Translations under genes and position numbers: made by a program | Assembly: GCA_964591485.1 (NCBI GenBank) | Contig: CAZQDE010000004.1 | Span: forward strand, 3,150-67,149 | Reading direction: 5' to 3' | DNA from: an uncultured Anaerolineaceae bacterium | GTDB taxonomy: Bacteria > Chloroflexota > Anaerolineae > Anaerolineales > E44-bin32 | Length of the DNA stretch: 64,000 nt | The notes under the pieces: model-generated | Told to the model about the DNA's origin: nothing | Seen by the model: the letters and a program-made list of their open reading frames with translations, nothing else | Database searches by the model: none | Shown: positions 58,801 to 64,000 of the stretch, in pieces | How positions within the stretch are numbered: position 1 is the stretch's first letter | Layout: each line of letters opens with the position of its first letter

Positions 58801-60426
58801 GCCAAGATCCGCGAGCGCATCCGCGAGCACAACCTGAACCGGGTGATCGTGGCCTCCTGCACCCCTCTCACGCACGGCCCTCTTTTCCAGGATGTTATTC
58901 GGGCCGAGGGCCTGAACGAGCACCTCTTCGCCATGGCCAACATCCGCAATCATTGCTCTTGGGTCCATTCAAGCGATCGGGCGATGGCCACCGAGAAGGC
59001 CAAGGACCTGATCCGCATGGCGCTGGGGCGGGCCTTGGCCCTCGAACCGTTGCACCGCCAACCAACCCCTATCCGGCAATCGGCGCTTGTTCTTGGCGGA
59101 GGCGTGGCAGGTATGAGCGCCGCGCTGGCCATCGCCGAGGGTGGTTTTGAGGTCGATCTTGTTGAGCGGGAAGCCGTTCTGGGCGGCCAGCTTAGGCAAA
59201 TCCACCTCGGACTGCCGGGCGTCTCCGAGGGCGAGAGCGCCGACCCGGCGGACCTTCTGGAGGACATGATCTCCCGGGTTGAGAAGCATGCAAGCATCCA
59301 GGTTCACCTCGAGAGCGAATTGGTTGAATCGCGCGGCTTCGCCGGCAATTTCACCTCCCTAATCGAGCATAGGAATGGGGAGCGGCGGGAGATCGATCAT
59401 GGTGCCACAATCGTGGCTATCGGCGGCGCAGAATTCCGCGGCGACACCTATGGATATGGAACTCACGATCGCATCCTGACTCAACGGGACTTCGAGGCCC
59501 TTCTCGCCGCCGAGATGAACCCCATCCCCCGAGATCAGGGCCCCTCTCTAGAATTGAAGGATGTGCGTCAGGTTGTGATGATCCAATGTGTGGGGCCGGC
59601 GGAGACGGTATGCGCCCGAACCTGCTGCACGGTGACGCTGAAGAACGCCTTGCACTTCAAGCGCCGTCACCCCCAGGCGCAGGTGGCCATCATTCACAAG
59701 GACCTGCGTGTCTATGGGTTCAAGGAACGCCTCTACCGCCAGGCGCTCGATGCGGGCATTCTCTTCATCCGCCGCTCCAATGGCGAGCGACCCATGGTGG
59801 CGTTCGACCATCCCGAGGGCATCCTCAGCGTTCAGATCCTGGATGCTATCCTCCGAGAGACCATCACACTCCAGCCGGACTTGGTAGTGCTCTCCATGCC
59901 TATGGTGCCCGCCAAGGGAAGCCGGGAGCTGGCAAGCCGCTTGAAGGTTCCCGTCGATATGGAGGGCTGGTTCCTGGAGGCACATGTCAAACTGCGGCCG
60001 GTGGACTTCGCCAGCGAGGGCATCTTCCTCGCCGGCGCAGCCCATTATCCCAAGCTACTTGATGAATCCATCGTCCAGGCGCAGGCTGCCGCCTCACGGG
60101 CCATGCGGTTGCTGGCCAGAGAGAGCGTCCCAACGGGAGGCGCCATCGCCCGCGTTGACCCCTCTGCTTGTGTGGCCTGCCTGACCTGCGTGCGCATCTG
60201 TCCCTATGGTGTCCCGCGCATCGATGAGAGTGCAGTGGGGGCCGGCGGCATCCAGGGAGCTGCCTACATCGAACCAAGCGTATGCCAGGGTTGTGGAACG
60301 TGCGTGGGGGAATGCCCGGCGTATGCGATTGAACTGCTCCACTACCGCCATAGCCAGGTGGAGAAGGAGGTCATCGCCCTGCTCCGTCCCGAGGAGATCT
60401 GGACAAGCAGCGAGGTGGGATCATGA
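55861..60426 (+). CDS. hdrA: HdrL-like giant flavo-FeS protein, paralogue of 48832-53397 (same architecture, same length)
   Basis: 1521 aa from the ATG at 55861 (MSESRNPRQPTGAVLVVGGGIAGMQAS). Collinear with the paralogue, including the GltD-like insert. The 93 extra N-terminal codons in the track ORF lie over the REC gene in another frame. Confidence 0.85.
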   Translation: MSESRNPRQPTGAVLVVGGGIAGMQASLDLAEQGFRVHLVESKSAIGGHMAQLDKTFPTNDCAMCIMSPKLVETGRHLNIDLYVDSEVVSLEGEVGRFVAKLHRKPRYVDLERCVGCGDCEAVCPVSLPDIYNEQLTARKAIYKLYPQAVPNAYAIEKLGVAPCRHACPADQRAQGYIALIAQGRYREAFRVIKEDNPFPSVCGRTCHHPCEGHCTRALIDEAVSIMALKRFVVDYALAYGRERVEPAARTRPEWVAVVGAGPAGLTAAHDLAKLGYGVTVYEALPVAGGMMRVGIPAHRLPKGVLQQDIDDILALGINLKTNSPVDDPAALLKEGYDAVCLATGISTRDRSLGVDGEQAEGVMSAATFLRKVNLGEPVTVGERVAVVGGGITALDAAAVARRLGAREVHLALDRPRGELPAYHWEMAAVEAEGIHLFEHTTLTRILTQEGRVAGVELARTGKGMTVDEKGRRRPRVLPETIFTLAVDTVIGTIGQQSDLSFLDPRFDELEADQDTLASEIPGLFVVGGRKTGASYIVEAIALGHRVARSIHAYLQGESPGAIEEPRPSPVKLDREQATRLYALDPARALPRQEPALLPIEERVTSFREVVLGLTERQARAEAQRCLQCGLCAECLECVYACGTDAIDHNMQPQEIELEVGAVILAPGYEAYRAELSQEYGFGRYPNVITSLQLERLLSASGPTEGHVLRPSDGRPARKVAFLQCVGSRDQEHDYCSAVCCMYAAKEAILIREHDPQAEVRIFMMDVRAFSKGYEEYYRRAQEQYGIQFTRCRVSEIKEDPQTHELILRHAGPALEGPGARSAAERMSEERFDLVVLAVGMEISPKVQELGRRLGVELDRYGFCATTTFQPIETSRPGIYAVGPFREPKDIPESVIDASAAAAMAGGHLAAARGLLTREPSYPPEKDVTGESPRAGIFVCHCGSNIAGYLDVQALTAYAASLPNVVHAEDLLYACSQDSTAKIRERIREHNLNRVIVASCTPLTHGPLFQDVIRAEGLNEHLFAMANIRNHCSWVHSSDRAMATEKAKDLIRMALGRALALEPLHRQPTPIRQSALVLGGGVAGMSAALAIAEGGFEVDLVEREAVLGGQLRQIHLGLPGVSEGESADPADLLEDMISRVEKHASIQVHLESELVESRGFAGNFTSLIEHRNGERREIDHGATIVAIGGAEFRGDTYGYGTHDRILTQRDFEALLAAEMNPIPRDQGPSLELKDVRQVVMIQCVGPAETVCARTCCTVTLKNALHFKRRHPQAQVAIIHKDLRVYGFKERLYRQALDAGILFIRRSNGERPMVAFDHPEGILSVQILDAILRETITLQPDLVVLSMPMVPAKGSRELASRLKVPVDMEGWFLEAHVKLRPVDFASEGIFLAGAAHYPKLLDESIVQAQAAASRAMRLLARESVPTGGAIARVDPSACVACLTCVRICPYGVPRIDESAVGAGGIQGAAYIEPSVCQGCGTCVGECPAYAIELLHYRHSQVEKEVIALLRPEEIWTSSEVGS

Positions 60427-60887
60427 GCGTGCAAGCCAGTCCACCGCTGCATATTGTTGCCTTCTGTTGCCATTATTGCGCCTATGCCGCTGCGGATCTG
60501 GCGGGCGTGCTGCGGCTCCAGTATCCAGCCACGGCGCGCATCGTGGAGATTCCATGTGCCGGAAGGTTGGATGCGCTGGAAGTGCTGCACACCTTCGAGC
60601 ACGGAGCGGATGGCGTGATGGTCGCGGGTTGCCTGGAGGGGGACTGCCACTTCCAATCCGGCAACCTGAATGCCAAACGACGGGTGGATTTCATTCGCGG
60701 GCTGCTGGAGCAGATTGGACTCGAGCCCGAGCGGCTGGAGATGTTCAACCTCTCCTCCGCCATGGCAAGGCGATTTGCGGAGATCGTTGAGCAGATGGCC
60801 TCCCAGATTCAAGCGCTGGGCCCAAGCCCGCTCCGCAAACAAGCCCGCTCACAACCTGAAACCATAATGGAGAGTCACACCCCATGA
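60423..60887 (+). CDS. mvhD: MvhD-like protein, Cys form
   Basis: IVAFCCHYCAY...IPCAGR...GADGVMVAGCLEGDCHF. The start overlaps the upstream stop (ATGA). Confidence 0.85.
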   Translation: MSVQASPPLHIVAFCCHYCAYAAADLAGVLRLQYPATARIVEIPCAGRLDALEVLHTFEHGADGVMVAGCLEGDCHFQSGNLNAKRRVDFIRGLLEQIGLEPERLEMFNLSSAMARRFAEIVEQMASQIQALGPSPLRKQARSQPETIMESHTP

Positions 60888-60960
60888 GAACCTACAAACC
60901 ACAATGGCAAGCGGCTGCGCCCTCAGACGCTAGGGCCCTAGGCTGCAAGGAGGGAAGGTT

Positions 60961-61647
60961 ATGATCATCGCCGAGCAGAAGCCCTTGGAAGAAATCCGAG
61001 GACTGATAGGTGAAGCAGAGAAGGTGCTGGTAGTGGGCTGCGGCACCTGTGTCACGGTTTGCTTCGCAGGCGGCGAGAAGGAAGCCGGTATCCTGGCAAC
61101 CAGCCTGCGCATGGCCTCCAAGCTCGAGGGCCAGCCTAAGGAAGTGACCCACACGACCGTTCAGCGCCAATGCGAATGGGAGTACATCGACCCGCTGCGC
61201 GATCAGATTGCGCAAGCGGATGCCGTGCTTTCAATCGGCTGCGGGATCGGGGTCCAGGCCTTGGCCGAGCGTTTCCCGGAGGCTATCGTGCTGCCCGGTT
61301 TGAATACCACCTTCTTGGGCCTGCCGGTCGAGCAAGGGATTTGGGAGGAGCGCTGCGCGGCCTGTGGTTCCTGCATCCTAGGCCTCACAGGCGGGATCTG
61401 CCCCATCGCCCGCTGCGCCAAGCAGCTGCTCAATGGCCCTTGCGGGGGCTCCCAGAACGGAGTCTGCGAGATCAACCCTGATACGCCCTGCGCTTGGCAG
61501 CTTATCTATGACCGGCTGAAAGCCCAGGGCCGCCTGCATCTGCTGATGGAGATCCAACCCGCCAAGGATTGGTCCACCAGCCGGGATGGGGGACCCCGCA
61601 AGATTACACGCGAAGACCTGCGTCTGCAGGCCGAACAATCCGAGTAG
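60961..61647 (+). CDS. metV: MetV (MTHFR-associated Cys-rich / FeS subunit)
   Basis: VVGCGTCVTVCFAGG...SIGCGIGVQ...CAACGSCILGLTGGICPIARCAKQLLNGPCGG is typical of MetV. AAGGAGGG lies upstream. Confidence 0.85.
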   Translation: MIIAEQKPLEEIRGLIGEAEKVLVVGCGTCVTVCFAGGEKEAGILATSLRMASKLEGQPKEVTHTTVQRQCEWEYIDPLRDQIAQADAVLSIGCGIGVQALAERFPEAIVLPGLNTTFLGLPVEQGIWEERCAACGSCILGLTGGICPIARCAKQLLNGPCGGSQNGVCEINPDTPCAWQLIYDRLKAQGRLHLLMEIQPAKDWSTSRDGGPRKITREDLRLQAEQSE

Positions 61648-61665
61648 GCGCGAAGGAGCCAAGCC

Positions 61666-62682
61666 ATGAGCGAAGACCGAACCAATGGATACAAATCCGG
61701 ATCGCGCCTGGAGCGGGTGCTCAAGGCCGGCCACTTCGCCGTAACGGCCGAGTTGGGACCCCCGCAAAGCGCCGACGGCGAGGTCATCCGCAAGAAGGCC
61801 GCCCAGCTCAAGGGCTACTGCGATGCCGTGAACATCACCGACAATCAGACCGCCATCGTGCGCATGTCCAGCATCGGCGCCGGCACGATCGTGGTCCAGG
61901 AAGGCCTGGAGCCCATCATCCAGATGACCTGCCGCGACCGCAACCGGCTGGCGATCCAATCCGACTTGATGGGTGCCTATGCGCTCGGCATGCGCAACGT
62001 GCTTTGCCTGACAGGCGATCACCAATCCTTCGGCAACCACCCCACCGCCAAGAACGTGCACGACCTGGACTCGCTGCAGCTGGTTCAGATGGTGGTCAAG
62101 CTGCGGGATGAGCACCAGTTCCAATGTGGGGATGAGGTGAAGGGCATCGAGCCCAGGTTCTTCGTGGGCGCGGCGGCCAACCCCTTCGGGGACCCCTTCG
62201 AGTGGCGTCCCTACCGTCTGGCGAAGAAGGTTCAGGCCGGCGCCAACTTCATCCAGACCCAGCTGATCTACAATGTGCCTCGCTTCGAGGAGTACATGGC
62301 CAAGGTGCGCGAGCTAGGATTGCATGAGAAGGTGTACATCCTGGCGGGCATCGGTCCCTTGAAATCCCCCGGCATGGCCCGCTACATGCGCGACCAAGTG
62401 CCCGGCCTGGATGTGCCCACCGAATTCGTCGATCGCATGACCGCTGCCGCCGCGGGCATCGACAAGGAAGACAAGAAGGCCCGCTCCCAGGCCTGGCGGC
62501 AGGAGGGCATCCGCGTCGCCATCGAGCTGATAGAGCAGATGAAGCAAATCGAGGGTGTTGCAGGCGTGCACATCATGGCCATCGAGTGGGAGAAGGCAGT
62601 TAAACCCATCGTGGAGGGCGCCGGCCTCTACCCGCGCCCGGAGCCTGAAGCGCTGCCAAGCGCCTCGGCAAGCGAAGAGTGA
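61666..62682 (+). CDS. metF: methylenetetrahydrofolate reductase
   Basis: FAVTAELGPP...AVNITDNQTAIVRMSS...CRDRN match MTHFR TIM-barrel motifs. Confidence 0.9.
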   Translation: MSEDRTNGYKSGSRLERVLKAGHFAVTAELGPPQSADGEVIRKKAAQLKGYCDAVNITDNQTAIVRMSSIGAGTIVVQEGLEPIIQMTCRDRNRLAIQSDLMGAYALGMRNVLCLTGDHQSFGNHPTAKNVHDLDSLQLVQMVVKLRDEHQFQCGDEVKGIEPRFFVGAAANPFGDPFEWRPYRLAKKVQAGANFIQTQLIYNVPRFEEYMAKVRELGLHEKVYILAGIGPLKSPGMARYMRDQVPGLDVPTEFVDRMTAAAAGIDKEDKKARSQAWRQEGIRVAIELIEQMKQIEGVAGVHIMAIEWEKAVKPIVEGAGLYPRPEPEALPSASASEE

Positions 62683-62689
62683 GGCCTTT

Positions 62690-64000
62690 ATGGAGACTCA
62701 ATTGAGTACCCGGCTGGCAGAGCGTATCCGCCAGGCTACCGGTGAGAATGTCTTCCTCTGCTATCACTGCGCAAAATGCACCTCCGGCTGTCCGCTGATG
62801 GAGCACTTCGATCTGGCGCCCAATCAGGTCATGCGCGCCGCGCAACTCGGCCTGGAAGACATGATCTTCGAAAGCAAGACCCCGTGGCTCTGTGCCTCCT
62901 GCCAGACCTGCACCACACGCTGCCCCCAAGGCCTGGACATCGCCAAGGTGATGGACTTCATCGTCGGGGAGGCGATGGCCAGAGGTATCGAGCCCAAGGT
63001 TCCCACCGTGGCGCTCTTCAATAAGGTTTTCCTGCGGGATGTGAACATTCTCGGCCGTTCATATGAGTTGGGCCTGATGGCGGAGATGAACCTGCGCACC
63101 AAGCAGCCCCTGAAGGACATCGATCTGGGCATAGAGATGATCAAGCATCGCAAGATTCATCTCTTCCCAGAGATCGTCCGGAGGCGACGCAAGGCGCCAC
63201 TCGCTCCGGCTTCACGCCCACCCAACGAGATCGGCTATTACCCCGGATGCTCCTTGCACGGCATGGCTCGGGAGTTCGACCTCTCGGCCCGGGCCACGCT
63301 GGAAGCCCTCGATCTCGTGCCAGTGGAGCCAGAGGGATGGGTCTGCTGCGGCTCGACGCCCGCGCACCGGGTGGACCACAAGCTGGCCACCCGCCTGCCG
63401 TTGGAGAGTTTGATCCTTGTGGAGCAAGAGGGGCTCTCTGAGGTCACGCTGCCCTGCGCGGCCTGCTTTAACCGCTTCCGTTCGGCCGTGCGGGATCTCA
63501 GGCTCGACCCCGACCTCAAACAAGAGCTCGACCACGAGCTGGGCTATAGTTACCAGGACAGCGTGGCTGTGGTCTCGCTCATCGATTTGATAATTGAACG
63601 TGCCGGTGTCGAGGGCGTGCGTGAGAGGGTCCGGCTGCCGCTCGACGGGCTCAAGGTTGCCTGCTACTACGGCTGCTTGCTCACTCGCCCTCCTGCGGTC
63701 ACTGGGGCCAAGGATCCCGAATACCCAATGTCGATGGACCATCTGATGCAGGCACTGGGTGCAGAGACGGTGGACTGGGATTACAAGGTCGCCTGTTGCG
63801 GCGCTTCCCTTTCGCTCACTCACACAGAAATCGTCCTCGAGATGAGCCAGGCGATCCTCGAGAATGCCAGGGCCCGCGGGGCCGACTTGGTCGCGGTTGC
63901 CTGCCCGCTCTGCCATACCAATCTGGATGGCCGCCAAACACAAATGCCGATCGAGACTCCGGTTCCGGTGTTCTACTTTACGCAGCTCATGGCAGTGGCC
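62690..64000 (+). CDS. hdrB: fused HdrC-HdrB-like protein (HdrD-like), 3'-truncated by the window edge
   Basis: My own translation from the ATG at 62690 is open to 64000 (437 codons). N-terminal CYHCAKCTSGCP and CASCQTCTTRCP (HdrC-like), then two CCG domains (YPGCSLHG...WVCCGS...CAAC; YYGCLL...VACCGAS...CPLC). It is absent from the supplied track because there is no stop in the window. Confidence 0.8.
   Translation, partial: METQLSTRLAERIRQATGENVFLCYHCAKCTSGCPLMEHFDLAPNQVMRAAQLGLEDMIFESKTPWLCASCQTCTTRCPQGLDIAKVMDFIVGEAMARGIEPKVPTVALFNKVFLRDVNILGRSYELGLMAEMNLRTKQPLKDIDLGIEMIKHRKIHLFPEIVRRRRKAPLAPASRPPNEIGYYPGCSLHGMAREFDLSARATLEALDLVPVEPEGWVCCGSTPAHRVDHKLATRLPLESLILVEQEGLSEVTLPCAACFNRFRSAVRDLRLDPDLKQELDHELGYSYQDSVAVVSLIDLIIERAGVEGVRERVRLPLDGLKVACYYGCLLTRPPAVTGAKDPEYPMSMDHLMQALGAETVDWDYKVACCGASLSLTHTEIVLEMSQAILENARARGADLVAVACPLCHTNLDGRQTQMPIETPVPVFYFTQLMAVA

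Noticed and set aside
63212-63943. 243-aa minus-strand ORF at the window end
   Set aside because: It is antisense to the open HdrC-HdrB frame, which carries clear CCG-domain motifs.

Overview
GC-rich bacterial window dominated by anaerobic C1 and energy metabolism. The taxon cannot be fixed from sequence alone; Chloroflexota- or Bipolaricaulota-like is only a guess. The core is a complete bacterial carbonyl branch of the Wood-Ljungdahl pathway: DUF166-like, HMA-like, cooS, acsB, acsD, acsC, acsV/RACo, cooC, acsE (17.4-29.2 kb), followed by malic enzyme. There are three HdrA-type/MvhD modules. One is a 1066-aa double-HdrA with a small ferredoxin and MvhD (31.2-35.0 kb). The other two are paralogous 1521-aa HdrL-like giants, each a double HdrA carrying an inserted GltD/NfnB-like NAD(P)H module and each followed by its own MvhD (48.8-53.9 kb and 55.9-60.9 kb). 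These lead into metV, metF and a fused hdrC-hdrB that runs off the 3' edge and is therefore absent from the ORF track. The MvhD of the first giant has an in-frame TGA exactly where both paralogues have a conserved Cys, followed by a SECIS-like hairpin, so it is a likely selenoprotein. A cNMP-sensing histidine kinase and a tandem-receiver protein sit between the Sec-type and Cys-type modules, overlapping or directly abutting their neighbours. Other content: pncB, a ZIP transporter, rpoD, carD-like, a MoxR-DUF58-2xDUF4129 operon, TlpA, an lgt interrupted by TAG, a GAF histidine kinase, a Fur-family regulator heading a Ni/Co ECF transporter, and a 1253-aa permease-permease-degenerate-M28 fusion of which a ~275-bp copy lies 5.3 kb away. 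Also present: MocR, ArsR, an MA peptidase, SatD/DUF3307, a DRG-type GTPase and a trxB relic. No rRNA, tRNA, CRISPR array or intact mobile element was recognised.
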